Source of the DNA: Eledone cirrhosa
Taxonomy: Eukaryota
NCBI GenBank assembly: GCA_964016885.1
Contig: OZ024743.1
Location: 277,202,001 to 277,266,000 of the forward strand
DNA length: 64,000 nt
Direction of reading: 5' to 3'
How positions within the stretch are numbered: position 1 is the stretch's first letter; the number at the start of each line of letters is the position of its first letter. The notes below the pieces were generated by a model. That model was not told where the DNA came from and did no database searches. It was given only the letters and a program-made list of their open reading frames with translations. This document shows, piece by piece, positions 20,701-33,200 of the stretch. The translations under genes and the position numbers were made by a program.

Positions 20701-23700
20701 TGTTGTGGTTGGCGTTGTGGTGGTTGTGGTTGGCGTTGTGCTGGTTGTGGTTGGCGTTGTGGTTGGCGTTGTGGTGGTTGTGGTTGGCGATGTGGTGGTT
20801 ATGGTTGGCGTTGTGGTGGTTGTGGTTGGCGTTGTGGTGGTTGTGGTTGGCGTTGTGGTTGTTGTGGTTGGCGTTGTGGTGGTTGTGGTTGGCGTTGTGG
20901 TGGTTGTGGTTGGCGTTGTGGTGGTTGTGGTTGGCGTTGTGGTGGTTGTGGTTGGCGTTGTGGTGGTTGTGGTGGTTGTGGTTGGCGTTGTGGTGGTTGT
21001 GGTTGGCGTTGTGGTGGTTGTGGTTGGCGTTGTGGTGGTTGTGGTTGTGGTTGGCGTTGTGGTGGTTGTGGTTGGCGTTGTGGTTGGCGTTGTGGTGGTT
21101 GTGGTTGGCGTTTTGGTGGTTGTGGTTGGCGTTGTGGTGGTTGTGGTTGGCGTTGTGGTGGTTGTGGTGGTTGTGGTTGGCGTTGTGGTGGATGTGGTTG
21201 GCTTTGTGGTTGGCGTTGTGGTTGTTGTGGTTGGCGTTGTGATGGTTGTGGTTGGCGTTGTGGTGGTTGTGGTTGGCGTTGTGGTGGTTGTGGTTGGCGT
21301 TGTGATTGGCGCTGTGGTGGTTGTGGTTGGCGTTGTGGTGGTTGTGGTTGGCGTTGTGGTGGTTGTGGTTGGCGTTGTGGTGGTTGTGGTGGTTGTGGTT
21401 GGCGTTGTGGTGGTTGTGGTTGGCGTTGGGGTTGGCGTTGTGGTTGTTGTGGTTGGCGTTGTGGTGGTTGTGATTGGCGTTGTGGTGGTTGTGGTTGGCG
21501 TTGTGGTTGGCGTTGTGGTGGTTGTGGTTGGCGTTGTGGTGGTTATGGTTGGCGTTGTGGTTGGCGTTGTGGTTGTTGTGGTTGGCGTTGTGGTGGTTGT
21601 GGTTGGCGTTGTGGTGGTTGTGGTTGGCGTTGTGGTGGTTGTGGTTGGCGTTGTGGTTGGCGTTGTGGTTGTTGTGGTTGGAGTTGTGGTGGTTGTGGTT
21701 GGCGTTGTGGTTGTTGTGGTTGGCGTTGTGGTTGTTGTGGTTGGAGTTGTGGTGGTTGTGGTTGGCGTTGTGGTTGTTGTGGTTGGCGTTGTGGTTGTTG
21801 TGGCTGGCGTTGTGGTGGTTGTGGTGGTTGTGGTTGTTGAGGTTGGCGTTGTGGTTGTTGTGGTTGGCGTTGTGGTGGTTGTGGTTGGCGTTGTGGTTGT
21901 TGTGGTTGGTGTTGGGGTGGTTGTGGTTGGTGTTGTGGTTGTTGCGGTTGGCGTTGTGGTTGTTGTGGTTGGCGTTGTGGTGGTTGTGGTGGTTGTGGTT
22001 GTTGTGGTTGGTGTTGGGGTGGTTGTGGTCGGCGTTGTGGTTGTTGTGGTTGGCGTTGTGGTTGTTGTGGTTGGCGTTGTGGTGGTTGTGGTTTTTGTGG
22101 TTGGCGTTGTGGTTTTTGTGGTTGGCGTTGTGGTGGTTGTGGTTGGCGTTGTGGTGGTTGTGGTTGGCGTTGTGGTTGGCGTTGTGGTGGTTGTGGTTGG
22201 CGTTGTGGTGGTTGTGGTTGGAGTTGTGGTTGGCGTTGTGGTGGTTGTGGTTGGCGTTGTGGTTGTTGTGGTTGGCGTTGTGGTGGTTGTGGTTGGCGTT
22301 GTGGTGGTTGTGGTTGGCGTTGTGGTGGTTGTGGTTGGCGTTGTGGTGGTTGTGGTTGGCGTTGTGGTTGGCGTTGTGGTTGGCGTTGTGGTGGTTGTGG
22401 TTGGCGTTGTGGTGGTTGTGGTTGGCGTTGTGGTTGGCATTGTGGTTGTTGTGGTTGGCGTTGTGGTGGTTGTGGTTGGCGTTGTGGTTGGCGTTGTGGT
22501 GGTTGTGGTTGGCGTTGTGGCGGTTGTGGTTGGCGTTGTGGTTGGCGATGTGGTGGTTGTGGTTGGCGTTATGGTTGTTGTGGTTGGCGTTGTGGTGGTT
22601 GTGGTTGGCGTTGTGGTTGTTGTTGTTGGCGTTGGGGTGGTTGTGGTCGGCGTTGTGGTTGTTGTGGTTGGCGTTGTGGTGGTTGTGGTTGGAGTTGTGG
22701 TGGTTGTGGTTGGCGTTGTGGTTGTTGTGGTTGGCGTTGTGGTGGTTGTGGTTGGCGTTGTGGTTGGCGTTGTGGTGGTTGTGGTCAGCGTTGTGGTTGG
22801 CGTTGTGGTGGTTGTGGTTGGCGTTATGGTGGTTGTGGTTGGCGTTGTGGTGGTTGTGGTGGGCGTTGTGGTGGTTGTGGTTGGCGTTGTGGTTGGCGTT
22901 GTGGTAGTTGTGGTTGGCGTTTTGGTGGTTGTGGTTGGCGTTGTGGTTGGCGTTGTGGTGGTTGTGGTTGGCGTTGTGGTTGGCGTTGTGGTTGTTGTGG
23001 TTGGCGTTGTGGTGGTTATGGTTGGTGTTGTGGTGGTTGTGGTTGGCGTTGTGGGGGTTGTGGTTGGCGTTGTGGTTGGCGTTGTGGTGGTTGTGGTTGG
23101 CGATGTGGTTGGCGTTGTGGTGGTTGTGGTTGGCGTTGTGGTGGTTGTGGTTGGCGTTGTGGTTGGCATTGTGGTTGTTGTGGTTGGCGTTGTGGTGGTT
23201 GTGGTTGGCGTTGTGGTTGGCGTTGTGGTGGTTGTGGTTGGCGTTGTCGTGGTTGTGGTTGGCGTTGTGGTTGGCGATGTGGTGGTTGTGGTTGGCGTTA
23301 TGGTTGTTGTGGTTGGCGTTGTGGTGGTTGTGGTTGGCGTTGTGGTTGTTGTGGTTGGCGTTGGGGTGGTTGTGGTCGGCGTTGTGGTTGTTGTGGTTGG
23401 CGTTGTGGTGGTTGTGGTTGGAGTTGTGGTGGTTGTGGTTGGCGTTGTGGTTTTTGTGGTTGGCGTTGTGGTAGTTGTGGTTGGCGTTGTGGTTGGCGTT
23501 GTGGTGGTTGTGGTTGGCGTTGTGGTTGGCGTTGTGTTTGTTGTTGTTGGCGTTATGGTGGTTGTGGTTGGCGTTGTGGTGGTTGTGGTGGTTGTGGTTG
23601 GCGTTGTGGTGGTTGTGGTTGGCGTTGTGGTTGTTGTGGTTGGCGTTGTGGTGGTTGTGGTTGGCGTTGTGGTGATTGTGGTTGGCGTTGTGGTTAGCGT

Positions 23701-24369
23701 TGTGGTGGTTGTGGTTGGCGTTGTGGTGGTTGTGGTTGGCGTTGTGGTTGGCGTTGTGGTTGGCGTTGTGGTTGTTGTGGTTGGCGTTGTGGTGGTTGTG
23801 GTTGGCGTTGTGGTGGTTGTGGTTGGCGTTGTGGTTGGCGTTGTGTTGGTTGTGGTTGGCGTTGTGGTGGTTGTGGTTGGCGTTGTGGTGGTTGTGGTTG
23901 GCGTTGTGGTTGGCGTTGTGGTTGTTGTGGTTGGCGTTGTGGTGGTTGTGGTTGGCGTTGTGGTGGTTGTGGTTGGCGTTGTGGTTGGCGTTGTGGTGGT
24001 TGTGGTTGGCGTTGTGGTGGTTGTGGTTGGCGTTGTGGTGGTTGTGGTTGGCGTTGTGGTGGTTGTGGTTGGCGTTGTGGTTGGCGTTGTGGTGGTTGTA
24101 GTTGGCGTTGTGGTTGGCGTTGTGGTTGTTGTGGTTGGCGTTGTGGTGCTTGTGGTTGGCGTTGTGGTGGTTGTGGTTGGCGTTGTGGTTGGCATTGTGG
24201 TGGTTGTGGTTGGCGTTGTGGTGGTTGTGGTTGGCGTTGTGTTGGTTGTGGTTGGCGTTCTGGTGGTTGTGGTTGGCGTTGTGGTGGTTGTGGTTGGCGT
24301 TGTGGTTGGCGTTGTGGTGGTTGTGGTTGGCGTGGTGGTGGTTATGGTTGGCGTTGTGGTGGTCGTGGT
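5731..24369 (-). CDS. Mucin-like Pro/Thr (PTS) tandem-repeat domain, C-terminal block (~6,200 codons, [11 protein letters not shown])
   Basis: Uninterrupted minus-strand frame (ORF 5731..24195, extending upstream to the 1-nt deletion at 24369). Ends in unique [10 protein letters not shown] with splice donors. Composition is typical of secreted-mucin O-glycosylation domains. Confidence 0.7.
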   Translation of the reverse strand, partial: TTTTTTPTITTTTPTTTTTTPTTTPTTTTTTPTTTTRTPTTTNTTPTTTTTTPTTTTTMPTTTPTTTTTTPTTSTTTPTTTTTTPTTTPTTTTTTPTTTPTTTTTTPTTTTTTPTTTTTTPTTTTTTPTTTPTTTTTTPTTTTTTPTTTTTTPTTTPTTTTTTPTTTTTTPTTTNTTPTTTPTTTTTTPTTTTTTPTTTTTTPTTTPTTTPTTTTTTPTTTTTTLTTTPTTITTTPTTTTTTPTTTTTTPTTTTTTPTTTTTTTTTPTTTTITPTTTNTTPTTTPTTTTTTPTTTPTTTTTTPTTKTTTPTTTTTTPTTTTTTPTTTTTTPTTTTPTPTTTTTTPTTTTTTPTTTTITPTTTTTSPTTTPTTTTTTPTTTTTTPTTTPTTTTTTPTTTTTMPTTTPTTTTTTPTTTTTTPTTSPTTTTTTPTTTPTTTPTTPTTTTTTPTITTTTPTTTTTTPTTTPTTTTTTPTTTPTTTTKTPTTTTTTPTTTPTTTTTTPTTTTTTPTTTTITPTTTTTTPTTTLTTTTTTPTTTPTTTTTTPTTTTTTPTTTTTTPTTTTTTPTTTTTTPTTTTPTPTTTTTTPTTTTTTPTTTTITPTTTTTSPTTTPTTTATTPTTTTTTPTTTPTTTTTTPTTTTTMPTTTPTTTTTTPTTTTTTPTTTPTTTPTTTTTTPTTTTTTPTTTTTTPTTTTTTPTTTTTTPTTTTTTPTTTPTTTTTTPTTTTTTPTTTPTTTTTTPTTTTTTPTTKTTTPTTKTTTTTTPTTTTTTPTTTTTTPTTTTPTPTTTTTTTTTTTTPTTTTTTPTATTTTPTTTTPTPTTTTTTPTTTTTTPTTTTTTPTSTTTTTTTTTTPATTTTTPTTTTTTPTTTTTTPTTTTTTPTTTTTTPTTTTTTPTTTTTTPTTTPTTTTTTPTTTTTTPTTTTTTPTTTTTTPTTTPTITTTTPTTTTTTPTTTPTTTTTTPITTTTTPTTTTTTPTPTPTTTTTTPTTTTTTTTTPTTTTTTPTTTTTTPTTTTTAPITTPTTTTTTPTTTTTTPTTTITTPTTTTTTPTTKPTTSTTTPTTTTTTTTTPTTTTTTPTTTTKTPTTTTTTPTTTPTTTTTTPTTTTTTTTPTTTTTTPTTTTTTPTTTTTTTTTPTTTTTTPTTTTTTPTTTTTTPTTTTTTPTTTTTTPTTTTTTPTTTTTTPTITTTSPTTTTTTPTTTPTTTSTTPTTTTTTPTTTTTTPTTTTTTPTTTTTTPTTTPTKTTTTPTTTTTMPTTTTTTPTTTTTTPTTTPTTTTTTPTTTTTTPTTTTTTPTTTTPTPTTTTTTPTTTTTTPTTTPTTTPTTTTTTPTTTTTTPTTTTTTPTTTTTTPTTTTTTPTTTTTTPTTTPTTTTTTPTTTTTTPTTTTTTPTTTTTTPTTTTTTTTTTTTPTTTTTTPTTTTTTPTKTTTTPTTTTTTPTTTTTTPTTTTTTPTTTTTTPTTTPTTTTTTPTTTPTTTTTTPTTTTTTPTTTTTTLTTTTTTPTTTPTTTTTTPTTTTTTPTTTPTTTTTTPITTTTTPTTTTTTPTTTPTTTTTTPTTTTTTTTTPTTTTTTPTTTTTTPTTTTTTPTTTPTTTTTTPTTTTTTPTTTITTPTTTTTTPTTTPTTSTTTPTTTTTTTTTPTTTTTTPTTTNKTPTTTTTTPTTTPTTTTTTPTTTPTTTTTTPTTTTTMPTTTPTTTTTTPTTTTTTPTTTPTTTTTTPTTTPTTTPTTPTTTTTTPTTTTTTPTTTTTTPTTTTTTPTTTPTTTTTTPTTTTTTPTTTPTTTTTTPTTTTTTPTTTTITPTTTTTTPTTTLTTTTTMPTTTPTTTTTTPTTTTTTPTTTTTTPTTTTTTPTTTTTTPTTTTSTPTTTTTTPTTTTTTPTTTTITPTTTTTSPTTTPTTTTTTPTTITTTPTTTPTTTTTTPTTTTTMPTTTPTTTTTTPTTTTTTPTTTPTTTPTTTTTTPTTTTTTPTTTTTTPTTTTTTPTTTTTTPTTTPTTTTTTPTTTTTTPTTTPTTTTTTPTTTTTTPTTKTTTPTTTTTTTTTPTTTTTTPTTTTKTPTTTTTTTTTTTTPTTTTTTPTTTTTTPTTTTPTPTTTTTTPTTTTTTPTTTTTTTTTTTTTTTTTTTPTTTTTTPTTTTRTPTTTTTTPTTTTTTPTTTTTTPTTTTTTPTITTTTPTTTPTTTTTTPTTTTTTPTTTTTTPTTTTTTPTTTPTTTTTTPTTTTTTPTTTPTTTTTTPITTTTTPTTTTTTPTTTPTTTTTTPTTTTTTTTTPTTTTTTPTTTTTTPTTTTTTPTTTPTTTTTTPTTTTTTPTTTITTPTTTTTTPTTTPTTSDTTPTTTTTTTTTPTTTTTTPTTTTKTPTTTTTTPTTTPTTTTTTPTTTTTTTTPTTTTTTPTTTTTTPTTTTTTTTTPTTTTTTPTTTTTTPTTTTTTPTTTTTTPTTTTTTPTTTTTTPTTTTTTPTTTTTSPTTTTTTPTTTPTTTSTTPTTTTTTPTTTTTTPTTTTTTPTTTTATPTTTPTTTPTTTTTTPTTTTTTPTTTITTPTTTTTTPTTTPTTSTTTPTTTTTTTTTPTTTTTTPTTTTKTPTTTTTTPTTTPTTTTTRPTTTTTTTTPTTTTRTPTTTTTTPTTTTTTPTTTTTTPTTTPTTTTTTPTTTTTMPTTTPTTTTTTPTTTTTTPTTTPTTTTTTPTTTPTTTPTTPTTTTTTPTTTTTTPTTTTTTPTTTPTTTTTTPTTTPTTTTTTPTTTTTTPTTTPTTTTTTPTTTTTTPTTTTITPTTTTTTPTTTTTTPTTTPTTTTTTPTTTTTTTTLTTTTRTPTTTTTTPNTTTTTPTTTTTTPTTTTTTPTTKPTTTITTPTTTTTTPTTTPATSTTTPTTTTTTPTTTTKTPTTTTTTPTTTPTTTTTTPTTTTTTTTPTTTTRTPTTTTTTPNTTTTTPTTTTTTPTTTPTTTTTTPTTTTTMPTTTPTTTTTTPTTTTRTPTTTPTTTTTTPTTTPTTTPTTPTTTTTTPTTTTTTPTTTTTTPTTTPTTTTTTPTTTPTTTTTTPTTTTTTPTTTPTTTTTTPTTTTTTPTTTTITPTTTTTTPTTTLTTTTTTPTTTPTTTTTTPTTTTTTPTTTTTTPTTTTTTPTTTTTTPTTTTPTPTTTTTTPTTTTTAPTTTTITPTTTTTSPTTTPTTTTTTPTTTTTTPTTTPTTTTTTPTTTTTMPTTTPTTTTTTPTTTTTTPTTTPTTTPTTTTTTPTTTTTTPTTTTTTPTTTTTTPTTTTTTPTTTPTTTTTTPTTTTTTPTTTPTTTPTTTTTTPTTTTTTPTTKTTTPTTTNTTTTTPTTTTTTPTTTTKTPTTITTTTTTTTTPTTTTTTPTTTTTTPTTTTPTPTTTTTTPTTTTTTPTTTTTTTTTTTTTTTTTTTPTTTTTTPTTTTTTPTTTTTTPTTTTTTPTTTTTTPTTTTTTPTITKTTPTTTPTTTTTTPTTTTTTPTTTTTTPTTTTTTPTTTPTTTTTTPTTTTTTPTTTPTTTTTTPITTTTTPTTTTTTPTTTPTTTTTTPTTTTTTTTTPTTTTTTPTTTTTTPTTTTTTPTTTPTTTTTTPTTTTTTPTTTITTPTTTTTTPTTTPTTSTTTPTTTTTTTTTPTTTTTTPTTTTKTPTTTTTTPTTTPTTTTTTPTTTTTTTTPTTTTTTPTTTTTTPATTTTTTTTPTTTTTTPTTTTTTPTTTTTTPTTTTTTPTTTTTTPTTTTTTPTTTTTSPTTTTTTPTTTPTTTSTTPTTTTTTPTTTTTTPTTTTTTPTTTTTTPTTTPTKTTTTPTTTTTTPTTTTTTPTTTTTTPTTTPTTTTTTPTTTTTTPTTTTTTPTTTTPTPTTTTTTPTTTTTTPTTTPTTTTTTPTTTTTTPTTTTTTPTTTTTTPTTTTTTPTTTTTTPTTTPTTTTTTPTTTTTTPTTTTTTPTTTTTTPATTTTTTTTTTTPTTTTTTPTTTTTTPTKTTTTPTTTTTTPTTTTTTTTTTTTPTTTTRTPTTTTTTPTTTTTTPTTTTTTPTTTTTTPTTTTTTPTTTTTTPTTTTTTPTTTPTTTTTTPTTTTTTPTTTTTTPTTTTTTPTTTPTTTTTTPTTTTTTPTTTPTTTTTTPITTTTTPTTTTTTPTTTPTTTTTTPTTTTTTPTTTPTTTTTTPTTTTTTPTTTTTTTTTPTTTTTTPTTTTTTPTTTTTTPTTTPTTTTTTPTTTITTPTTTTTTPTTTPTTSTTTPTTTTTTTTTPTTTTTTPTTTTKTPTTTTTTPTTTPTTTTTTPTTTTTTTTPTTTTTTPTTTTTTPTTTTTTPTTTTTTPTTTTTTPTTTTTTPTTTPTTTTTTPTTTITTPTTTTTTPTTTPTTTTTTPTTTTTSPTTTTTTPTTTPTTTTTTPTTTTTTPTTTTTTPTTTTTMPTTTTTTPTTTPTKTTTTPTTTTTTPTTTTTTPTTTPTTTTTTPTTTTTTPTTTTTTPTTTTPTPTTTTTTPTTTTTTPTTTPTTTTTTPTTTTTTPTTTTTTPTTTTTTPTTTTTTPTTTPTTTTTTPTTTTTTPTTTTTTPTTTTTTPTTTTTTTTTTTTPTTTTTTPTTTTTTPTKTTTTPTTTTTTPTTTTTTTTTTTTPTTTTRTPTTTTTTPTTTTTTPTTTTTTTTPTTTTTTPTTTTTTPTTTTTTTTTPTTTTTTPTTTTTTPTTTTTTPTTTTTTPTTTTTTPTTTTTTPTTTTTSPTTTTTTPTTTPTTTSTTPTTTTTTPTTTTTTPTTTTTTPTTTTTTPTTTPTKTTTTPTTTTTTPTTTTTTPTTTTTTPTTTPTTTTTTPTTTTTTPTTTTTTPTTTTPTPTTTTTTPTTTTTTPTTTPTTTTTTPTTTTTTPTTTTTTPTTTTTTPTTTTTTPTTTTTTPTTTPTTTTTTPTTTTTTPTTTTTTPTTTTTTPATTTTTTTTTTTPTTTTTTPTTTTTTPTKTNTTPTTTTTTPTTTTTTTTTTTTPTTTTRTPTTTTTTPTTTTTTPTTTTTTPTTTTTTPTTTTTTPTTTTTTPTTTTTTPTTTPTTTTTTPTTTTTTPTTTTTTPTTTTTTPTTTPTTTTTTPTTTTTTPTTTPTTTTTTPITTTTTPTTTTTTPTTTPTTTTTTPTTTTTTPTTTPTTTTTTPTTTTTTPTTTTTTTTTPTTTTTTPTTTTTTPTTTTTTPTTTPTTTTTTPTTTITTPTTTTTTPTTTPTTSTTTPTTTTTTTTTPTTTTTTPTTTTKTPTTTTTTPTTTPTTTTTTPTTTTTTTTPTTTTTTPTTTTTTPTTTTTTPTTTTTTPTTTTTTPTTTTTTPTTTPTTTTTTPTTTITTPTTTTTTPTTTPTTTTTTPTTTTTSPTTTTTTPTTTPTTTTTTPTTTTTTPTTTTTTPTTTTTMPTTTTTTPTTTPTKTTTTPTTTTTTPTTTTTTPTTTPTTTTTTPTTTTTTPTTTTTTPTTTTPTPTTTTTTPTTTTTTPTTTPTTTTTTPTTTTTTPTTTTTTPTTTTTTPTTTTTTPTTTPTTTTTTPTTTTTTPTTTTTTPTTTTTTPTTTTTTTTTTTTPTTTTTTPTTTTTTPTKTTTTPTTTTTTPTTTTTTTTTTTTPTTTTRTPTTTTTTPTTTTTTPTTTTTTPTTTTTTPTTTTTTPTTTTTTPTTTPTTTTTTPTTTPTTTTTTPTTTTTTPTTTTTTPTTTTTTPTTTPTTTTTTPTTTTTTPTTTPTTTTTTPITTTTTPTTTTTTPTTTPTTTTTTPTTTTTTTTTPTTTTTTPTTTTTTPTTTTTTPTTTTTTPTTTITTPTTTTTTQTTTPTTSTTTPTTTTTTTTTTTTPTTTTTTPTTTTKTPTTTTTTPTTTRTTTTTTPTTTTTTTTPTTTTTTPTTTTTTPTTTTTTPTTTTTTTTTPTTTTTTPTTTTTTPTTTPTTTTTTPTTTITTPTTTTTTPTTTTTTPTTIITTPTTTTTTPTTTTTTPTTTTTTPTTTTTSPTTTTTTPTTTPTTTTTTPTTTTTTPTTTTTTPTTTTTTPTTTTTTPTTTPTKTTTTPTTTTTTPTTTTTTPTTTTTTPTTTPTTTTTTPTTTTTTPTTTTTTPTTTTPTPTTTTTTPTTTTTTPTTTPTTTTTTPTTTTTTPTTTTTTPTTTTTTPTTTTTTPTTTTTTPTTTPSTTTTTPTTTTTTPTTTTTTPTTTTTTPTTTTTTPTTTTTTTPTTTTTTTTTTTPTTTTTTPTKTTTTPTTTTTTITLAGRTLYVSRTI
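5743..5763 (-). promoter_or_regulatory. Candidate 5' splice donors closing the giant repeat exon
   Basis: Minus strand ...ACA TTA GCT G|GTAGGA (GT at 5762-5761, phase 1) and ...CTG TAT|GTAAGT (GT at 5748-5747, phase 0, perfect intronic consensus). Both lie upstream of the in-frame TAG at 5733-5731. Confidence 0.55.
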
Positions 24370-27300
24370 GGCGTTGTGGTTGGCGTTGTGGTGGTTGTGG
24401 TTGGCGTTGTGGTTCGCGTTGTGGTGGTTGTGGTTGGCGTTATGGTTGTTGTGGCTGGCGTTGTTGTGGTTGTGGTTGGCGTTGTGGTGGTTGTGGTTGG
24501 CGTTGGCGTTGTGGTGGTTGTGGTTGGCGTTGTGGTGGTTGTGGTTGGCGTTGTGGTGGTTGTGGTTGGCGTTGTGGTTGGCGTTGTGGTGGTTGTGGTT
24601 GGCGTAGTACTGGTTGTGGTTGGCGTTGTGGTTAGCGTTGTGGTGGTTGTGGTCGGCGTTGTGGTGGTTGTGGTTGGCGTTGTGGTTGGCGTTGCGGTGG
24701 TTGTGGTTGGCGTTGTGGTTGGCGTTGTGGTTGGCGTTGTGGTGGTGGTGGTTGCGTTGTGGTGGTTGTGGTTGGCGCTGTGGTTGGCGTTGCGGTGGTT
24801 GTGGTTGGCGTTGTGGTTGGCGTTGTGGTGGTTGTGGTTGGCGTTGTGGTTGGCGTTGTGGTTGTTGTGGTTAGCGTTGTGGTGGTGGTGGTTGGCGTTG
24901 CGGTGGTTGTGGTTGGCGTTGTGGTTGGCGTTGTTGTGGTTGTGGTTGGCGTCGTGGTGGTTGTGGTTGGCGTTGTGGTGGTTGTGGTTGGCGTTGTGGT
25001 TGGCGTTGTGGTGGTTGTGGTTGGCGTTGTGGTGGTTGTGGTTGGCGTTGTGGTTGGCGTTTTGGTGGTTGTGGTTGGCGTTGTGGTGGTTGTGGTTGGC
25101 GTCGTGGTGGTCGTGGTGGTCGTGGTTGGCGTTGTGGTGGTCGTGGTTGGCGTTGTGGTGGTTGGGGTTGGCGTTGTAGTTCGCGTTGTGGTGGTTGTGG
25201 TTGGCGTTATGGTTGTTGTGGCTGGCGTTGTGGTGGTTGTGGTTGGCGTTGTGGTGGTTGTGGTTGGCGTTGTGGTTGGCGTTGTGGTGGTTGTGGTTGG
25301 CGTTGTGGTGGTTGTGGTTGGCGTTGTGGTTGGCGTTGTGGTGGTTGTGGTTGGCGTTGTGGTGGTTGTGGTTGGCGTTGTGGTTGGCGTTGTGGTGGTT
25401 GTGGTTGGCGTTGTACTGGTTGTGGTTGGCGTTGTGGTTAGCGTTGTGGTGGTTGTGGTTGGCGTTATGGTTGTTGTGGTTGGCGTTGTGGCGGTTGTGG
25501 TTGGCGTTGTGGTTGTTGTGGATGGCGTTGTGGTGGTTGTGGTTGGCGTTGTGGTGGTTGTGGTTGGCGTTGTGGTTGTTGTGGTTGGCGTTGTGGTGGT
25601 TGTGGTTGGCGTTGTGGTGGTTGTGGTTGGCGTTGTGGTGGTTGTGGTTGCCGTTGTGGTTGGCGTTGTGGTGGTTGTGGTTGGCGTTGTGTTGGTTGTG
25701 GTAGCGTTGTGGTTGGCGTTGTGGTGGTTGTGATTGGCGTTGTACTGGTTGTGGTTGGCGTTGTGGTTAGCGTTGTGGTGGTTGTGGTCGGCGTTGTGGT
25801 GGTTGTGGTTGGCGTTGTGGTTGGCGTTGTGGTGGTTGTGGTTGGCGTTGTGGTTGGCGTTGTGGTGTTTGTGGTTGGCGTTGTGGTTGGCGTTGTGGTT
25901 GTTGTGGTTGGCGTTGTGGTGGTTGTGGTTGCGTTGTGGTGGTTGTGGTTGGCGTTGTGGTGGATGTGGTTGGTGTTGTGGTTGGCGTTGTGGTGGTTGT
26001 GGTTGGCGTTGTGGTGGTTGTGGTTGGCGTTGTGGTGGTTGTGGTTGGCGTTGTGGTTGGCGTTGTGGTGGTTGTGGTTGGCGTTGTGGTGGTTGTGGTT
26101 GGCGTTGTGGTTGGCGTTGTGGTGGTTGTGGTTGGCGTTGTGGTGGTTGTGGTTGGCGTTGTGGTGGTCGTGGTGGCGTTGTGGTTGGCGTTGTGGTGGT
26201 TGGGGTTGGCGTTGTAGTTCGCGTTGTGGTGGTTGTGGTTGGCGTTATGGTTGTTGTGGCTGGCGTTGTGGTGGTTGTGGTTGGCGTTGTGGTGGTTGTG
26301 GTTGGCGTTGTGGTTGGCGTTGTGGTGGTTGCGGTTGCCGTTGTGGTGGTTGTGGTTGGCGTTGTGGTTGGCGTTGTGGTGGTTGTGGTTGGCGTTGTGG
26401 TGGTTGTGGTTGGCGTTGTGGTTGGCGTTGTGGTGGTTGTGGTTGGCGTTGTACTGGTTGTGGTTAGCGTTGTGGTTAGCGTTGTGGTGGTTGTGGTTGG
26501 CGTTATGGTTGTTGTGGTTGGCGTTGTGGTGGTTGTGGTTGGCGTTGTGGTTGTTGTGGATGGCGTTGTGGTGGTTGTGGTTGGCGTTGTGGTGGTTGTG
26601 GTTGGCGTTGTGGTTGTTGTGGTTGGCGTTGTGGTGGTTGTGGTTGGCGTTGTGGTGGTTGTGTTTGGCGTTGTGGTGGTTGTGGTTGCCGTTGTGGTTG
26701 GCGTTGTGGTGGTTGTGGTTGGCGTTGTGGTGGTTGTGGTTGGCGTTGTGGTGGTTGTGGTTGGCGTTGTGGTTGTTGTGGTTGGCGTTGTGGTGGTTGT
26801 GGTTGGCGTTGTGGTTGTTGTGGTTGGCGTTGTGGTGGTTGTGGTTGGCGTTGTGGTGGTTGTGGTTGCCGTTGTGGTTGGCGTTGTGGTGGTTGTGGTT
26901 GGCGTTGTGGTGGTGGTGGTTGGCCTTATGGTTGTTGTGGTTGGCGTTGTGGTTGTTGTGGTTGGCGTTGTGGTGGTTGTGGTTGGCGTTGTGGTTGTTG
27001 TGGCTGGCGTTGGGGTGGTTGTGGTTGGCGTTGTGGTTGTTGTGGTTGGCGTTGTAGTGGTTGTGTTTGGCATTGTGGTGGTTGTGGTTGCCGTTGTGGT
27101 TAGCGTTGTGGTTGTTGTGGTTGGCGTTGTGGTGGTGGTGGTTGGCCTTATGGTTGTTGTGGTTGGCGTTGTTGTTGGCGTTGTGGTGGTTGTGGTTGGA
27201 GTTGTGGTGGTTGTGGTTGGCGTTGTGGTGGTTGTGGTTGGCGTTGTGGTTGGCGTTGTGGTGGTTGTGGTTGGCGTTGTGGTGGTTGTGGTTGGCGTTG

Positions 27301-30261
27301 TGGTTGGCGTAGTGGTGGTTGTGGTTGGCGTTGTGGTGGTTGTGGTTGCCGTTGTGGTTGGCGTTGTGGTGGTTGTGGTTGGCGTTGTGGTGGTGGTGGT
27401 TGGCCTTATGGTTGTTGTGGTTGGCGTTGTGGTTGTTGTGGTTGGCGTTGTGGTGGTTGTGGTTGGCTTTGTGGTTGTTGTGGCTGGCGTTGGGGTGGTT
27501 GTGGTTGGCGTTGTGGTTGTTGTGGTTGGCGTTGTAGTGGTTGTGATTGGCATTGTGGTGGTTGTGGTTGCCGTTGTGGTTAGCGTTGTGGTGGTTGTGG
27601 TTGGCGTTGTGGTGGTGGTGGTTGGCCTTATGGTTGTTGTGGTTGGCGTTGTTGTTGGCGTTGTGGTGGTTGTGGTTGGAGTTGTGGTGGTTGTGGTTGG
27701 CGTTGTGGTGGTTGTGGTTGGCGTTGTGGTTGGCGTTGTGGTGGTTGTGGTTGGCGTTGTGGTGGTTGTGGTTGGCGTTGTGGTTGGCGTAGTGGTGGTT
27801 GTGGTTGGCGATGTGGTGCTTGTAGTTGGAGTTGTGGTGGTTGTGGTTGGCGATGTGGTGGTTGTGGTTGGCGTTGTGGTTGGCGTTGTGGTGGTTGTGG
27901 TTGGCGTTGTGGTGGTTGTGGTTGGCGTTGTGGTTGGCGTAGTGGTGGTTGTGGTTGGCGATGTGGTGCTTGTGGTTGGAGTTGTGGTGGTTGTGGTTGG
28001 CGTTGTGGTGGTTGTGGTTGGCGATGTGGTGGTTGTGGTTGGCGTTGTGGTTGGCCTTGTGGTGGTTGTGGTTGGCGTTGTGGTGGTTGTGGTTGGCGTT
28101 GTGGTGGTTGTGGTTGGCGTTGTCGTGGTTCTGGTTGGCGTTGTCGTGGTTGTGGTTGGCGTTGTGGTGGTTGTGGTTGGCGTTGTGGTTGGCGTTGTGG
28201 TGGTGGTGGTTGGCGTTGTGGTGGTTGTGGTTGGAGTTGTGGTTGTTGTTGTTGGCGTTGTGGTGGTTGTGGTTGGCGTTGTGGTGGTTGTGGTTGGCGT
28301 TGTGGTGGTTGTGGTTGGAGTTGTGGTGGTTGTGGTTGGCGTTGTGGTGGTTGTGGTTGGCGTGGTGGTGGTTGTGTTTGGAGTTGTGGTGGTTGTGATT
28401 GGCGTTGTGGTGGTTGTGTTTGGCGTTGTGGTGGTTGTGGGTGACGTTGTGGTTGTTGTGGTTGGCGTTGTGGTGGTTGTGGTTGGCCTTATGGTTGTTG
28501 TGGTTGGCGTTGTGGTGGTTGTGGTTGGCGTTGTGGTGGTTGTGGTTGGCGTTGAGGTGGTTGTGGTTGGCGTTGTGGTTGTTGTGGTTGGCGTTGTGGT
28601 GGTTGTGGTTGGCCTTATGGTTGTTGTGGTTGGCGTTGTGGTGGTTGTGGTTGGCGTTGTGGTGGTTGTGGTGGTTGTGGTTGTTGTGGTTGTCGTTGTG
28701 GTTGTTGTGGTTGGCGTTGTGGTGGTTGTGGTTGGCGTTGTGGTTGTTGTGGTTGGTGTTGGGGTGGTTGTGGTTGGTGTTGTGGTTGTTGTGGTTGGCG
28801 TTGTGGTTGTTGTGGTTGGCGTTGTGGTGGTTGTGGTGGTTGTGGTTGTTGTGGTTGGCGTTTTGGTCGTTGTGGTTGGCGTTGTGGTTGTTGTGGTTGG
28901 CGTTGTGGTGGTTGTGGTTGTTGTGGTTGGCGTTGTGGTTTTTGTGGTTGGCGTTGTGGTGGTTGTGGTTGGCGTTGTGGTTGGCGTTGTGGTGGTTGTA
29001 GTTGGCGTTGTGGTTGGCGTTGTGGTTGTTGTGGTTGGCGTTGTGGTGCTTGTGGTTGGCGTTGTGGTGGTTGTGGTTGGCGTTGTGGTTGGCATTGTGG
29101 TGGTTGTGGTTGGCGTTGTGGTAGTTGTGGTTGGCGTTGTGTTGGTTGTGGTTGGCGTTCTGGTGGTTGTGGTTGGCGTTGTGGTGGTTGTGGTTGGCGT
29201 TGTGGTTGGCGTTGTGGTTGGCGTTGTGGTGGTTGTGGTTGGCGTGGTGGTGGTTATGGTTGGCGTTGTGGTGGTCGTGGTGGCGTTGTGGTTGGCGTTG
29301 TGGTGGTTGTGGTTGGCGTTGTGGTTCGCGTTGTGGTGGTTGTGGTTGGCGTTATGGTTGTTGTGGCTGGCGTTGTTGTGGTTGTGGTTGGCGTTGTGGT
29401 GGTTGTGGTTGGCGTTGGCGTTGTGGTGGTTGTGGTTGGCGTTGTGGTGGTTGTGGTTGGCGTTGTGGTTGGCGTTGTGGTGGTTGTGGTTGGCGTTGTG
29501 GTGGTTGTGGTTGGCGTTGTGGTTGGCGTTGTGGTGGTTGTGGTTGGCGTTGTACTGGTTGTGGTTGGCGTTGTGGTTAGCGTTGTTGTGGTTGTGGTTG
29601 GCGTTATGGTTGTTGTGGTTGGCGTTGTGGCGGTTGTGGTTGGCGTTGTGGTTGTTGTGGATGGCGTTGTGGTGGTTGTGGTTGGCGTTGTGGTGGTTGT
29701 GGTTGGCGTTGTGGTTGTTGTGGTTGGCGTTGTGGTGGTTGTGGTTGGCGTTGTGGTGGTTGTGGTTGGCGTTGTGGTGGTTGTGGTTGGCGTTGTGTTG
29801 GTTGTGGTAGGCGTTGTGGTTGGCGTTGTGGTGGTTGTGATTGGCGTTGTACTGGTTGTGGTTGGCGTTGTGGTTAGCGTTGTGGTGGTTGTGGTCGGCG
29901 TTGTGGTGGTTGTGGTTGGCGTTGTGGTTGGCGTTGTGGTGGTTGTGGTTGGCGTTGTGGTTGGCGTTGTGGTGTTTGTGGTTGGCGTTGTGGTTGGCGT
30001 TGTGGTTGTTGTGGTTGGCGTTGTGGTGGTTGTGGTTGGCGTTGTGGTGGATGTGGTTGGTGTTGTGGTTGGCGTTGTGGTGGTTGTGGTTGGCGTTGTG
30101 GTGGTTGTGGTGGGCGTTGTGGTGGTTGTGGTTGGCGTTGTGGTTGGCGTTGTGGTGGTTGTGGTTGGCGTTGTGGTGGTTGTGGTTGGCGTTGTGGTTG
30201 GCGTTGTGGTGGTTGTGGTTGGCGTTGTGGTGGTTGTGGTTGGCGTTGTGGTGGTCGTGGT
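24370..30261 (-). CDS. Mucin-like Pro/Thr repeat, frameshifted junction segment (seven 1-nt deletions)
   Basis: Same units, but the frame changes at ~24369, 24754, 25704, 25931, 26174, 29281 and 30261. ORF 24632..29095 passes through the Thr, QPQPPQR and NHNHHNA frames. Confidence 0.45.
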
Positions 30262-33200
30262 GGCGTTGTGGTTGGCGTTGTGGTGGTTGGGGTTGGCGTT
30301 GTAGTTCGCGTTGTGGTGGTTGTGGTTGGCGTTATGGTTGTTGTGGCTGGCGTTGTGGTGGTTGTGGTTGGCGTTGTGGTGGTTGTGGTTGGTGTTGTGG
30401 TTGGCGTTGTGGTGGTTGCGGTTGCCGTTGTGGTGGTTGTGGTTGGCGTTGTGGTTGGCGTTGTGGTGGTTGTGGTTGGCGTTGTGGTGGTTGTGGTTGG
30501 CGTTGTGGTTGGCGTTGTGGTGGTTGTGGTTGGCGTTGTACTGGTTGTGGTTGGCGTTGTGGTTAGCGTTGTGGTGGTTGTGGTTGGCGTTATGGTTGTT
30601 GTGGTTGGCGTTGTGGTGGTTGGCGTTGTGGTTGTTGTGGATGGCGTTGTGGTGGTTGTGGTTGGCGTTGTGGTGGTTGTGGTTGGCGTTGTGGTTGTTG
30701 TGGTTGGCGTTGTGGTGGTTGTGGTTGGCGTTGTGGTGGTTGTGTTTGGCGTTGTGGTGGTTGTGGTTGCCGTTGTGGTTGGCGTTGTGGTGGTTGTGGT
30801 TGGCGTTGTGGTGGTTGTGGTTGGCGTTGTGGTGGTTGTGGTTGGCGTTGTGGTTGTTGTGGTTGGCGTTGTGGTGGTTGTGGTTGGCGTTGTGGTTGTT
30901 GTGGTTGGCGTTGTGGTGGTTGTGGTTGGCGTTGTGGTGGTTGTGGTTGCCGTTGTGGTTGGCGTTGTGGTGGTTGTGGTTGGCGTTGTGGTGGTGGTGG
31001 TTGGCCTTATGGTTGTTGTGGTTGGCGTTGTGGTTGTTGTGGTTGGCGTTGTGGTGGTTGTGGTTGGCGTTGTGGTTGTTGTGGCTGGCGTTGGGGTGGT
31101 TGTGGTTGGCGTTGTGGTTGTTGTGGTTGGCGTTGTAGTGGTTGTGTTTGGCATTGTGGTGGTTGTGGTTGCCGTTGTGGTTAGCGTTGTGGTTGTTGTG
31201 GTTGGCGTTGTGGTGGTGGTGGTTGGCCTTATGGTTGTTGTGGTTGGCGTTGTTGTTGGCGTTGTGGTGGTTGTGGTTGGAGTTGTGGTGGTTGTGGTTG
31301 GCGTTGTGGTGGTTGTGGTTGGCGTTGTGGTTGGCGTTGTGGTGGTTGTGGTTGGCGTTGTGGTGGTTGTGGTTGGCGTTGTGGTTGGCGTAGTGGTGGT
31401 TGTGGTTGGCGTTGTGGTGGTTGTGGTTGCCGTTGTGGTTGGCGTTGTGGTGGTTGTGGTTGGCGTTGTGGTGGTGGTGGTTGGCGTTGTGGTGGTGGTG
31501 GTTGGCCTTATGGTTGTTGTGGTTGGCGTTGTGGTTGTTGTGGTTGGCGTTGTGGTGGTTGTGGTTGGCGTTGTGGTTGTTGTGGCTGGCGTTGGGGTGG
31601 TTGTGGTTGGCGTTGTGGTTGTTGTGGTTGGCGTTGTAGTGGTTGTGATTGGCATTGTGGTGGTTGTGGTTGCCGTTGTGGTTAGCGTTGTGGTGGTTGT
31701 GGTTGGCGTTGTGGTGGTGGTGGTTGGCCTTATGGTTGTTGTGGTTGGCGTTGTTGTTGGCGTTGTGGTGGTTGTGGTTGGAGTTGTGGTGGTTGTGGTT
31801 GGCGTTGTGGTGGTTGTGGTTGGCGTTGTGGTTGGCGTTGTGGTGGTTGTGGTTGGCGTTGTGGTGGTTGTGGTTGGCGTTGTGGTTGGCGTAGTGGTGG
31901 TTGTGGTTGGCGATGTGGTGCTTGTAGTTGGAGTTGTGGTGGTTGTGGTTGGCGATGTGGTGGTTGTGGTTGGCGTTGTGGTTGGCGTTGTGGTGGTTGT
32001 GGTTGGCGTTGTGGTGGTTGTGGTTGGCGTTGTGGTTGGCGTAGTGGTGGTTGTGGTTGGCGATGTGGTGCTTGTGGTTGGAGTTGTGGTGGTTGTGGTT
32101 GGCGTTGTGGTGGTTGTGGTTGGCGATGTGGTGGTTGTGGTTGGCGTTGTGGTTGGCCTTGTGGTGGTTGTGGTTGGCGTTGTGGTGGTTGTGGTTGGCG
32201 TTGTGGTGGTTGTGGTTGGCGTTGTCGTGGTTCTGGTTGGCGTTGTCGTGGTTGTGGTTGGCGTTGTGATGGTTGTGGTTGGCGTTGTGGTTGGCGTTGT
32301 GGTGGTGGTGGTTGGCGTTGTGGTGGTTGTGGTTGGAGTTGTGGTTGTTGTTGTTGGCGTTGTGGTGGCTGTGGTTGGCGTTGTGGTGGTTGTGGTTGGC
32401 GTTGTGGTGGTTGTGGTTGGAGTTGTGGTGGTTGTGGTTGGCGTTGTGGTGGTTGTGGTTGGCGTGGTGGTGGTTGTGTTTGGAGTTGTGGTGGTTGTGA
32501 TTGGCGTTGTGGTGGTTGTGTTTGGCGTTGTGGTGGTTGTGGGTGACGTTGTGGTTGTTGTGGTTGGCGTTGTGGTGGTTGTGGTTGGAGTTGTGGTGGT
32601 TGTGGTTGGCGTTGTGGTTTTTGTGGTTGGCGTTGTGGTAGTTGTGGTTGGCGTTGTGGTTGGCGTTGTGGTGGTTGTGGTTGGCGTTGTGGTTGGCGTT
32701 GTGTTTGTTGTTGTTGGCGTTATGGTGGTTGTGGTTGGCGTTGTGGTGGTTGTGGTGGTTGTGGTTGGCGTTGTGGTGGTTGTGGTTGGCGTTGTGGTTG
32801 TTGTGGTTGGCGTTGTGGTGGTTGTGGTTGGCGTTGTGGTGATTGTGGTTGGCGTTGTGGTTAGCGTTGTGGTGGTTGTGGTTGGCGTTGTGGTTGGCGT
32901 TGTGGTGGTTGTGGTTGGCGTTGTGGTTGGCGTTGTGTTTGTTGTTGTTGGCGTTATGGTGGTTGTGGTTGGCGTTGTGGTGGTTGTGGTGGTTGTGGTT
33001 GGCGTTGTGGTGGTTGTGGTTGGCGTTGTGGTGGTTGTGGTTGGCGTTGTGGTTTTTGTGGTTGGCGTTGTGGTAGTTGTGGTTGGCGTTGTGGTTGGCG
33101 TTGTGGTGGTTGTGGTTGGCGTTGTGGTTGGCGTTGTGTTTGTTGTTGTTGGCGTTATGGTGGTTGTGGTTGGCGTTGTGGTGGTTGTGGTTGTTGTGGT

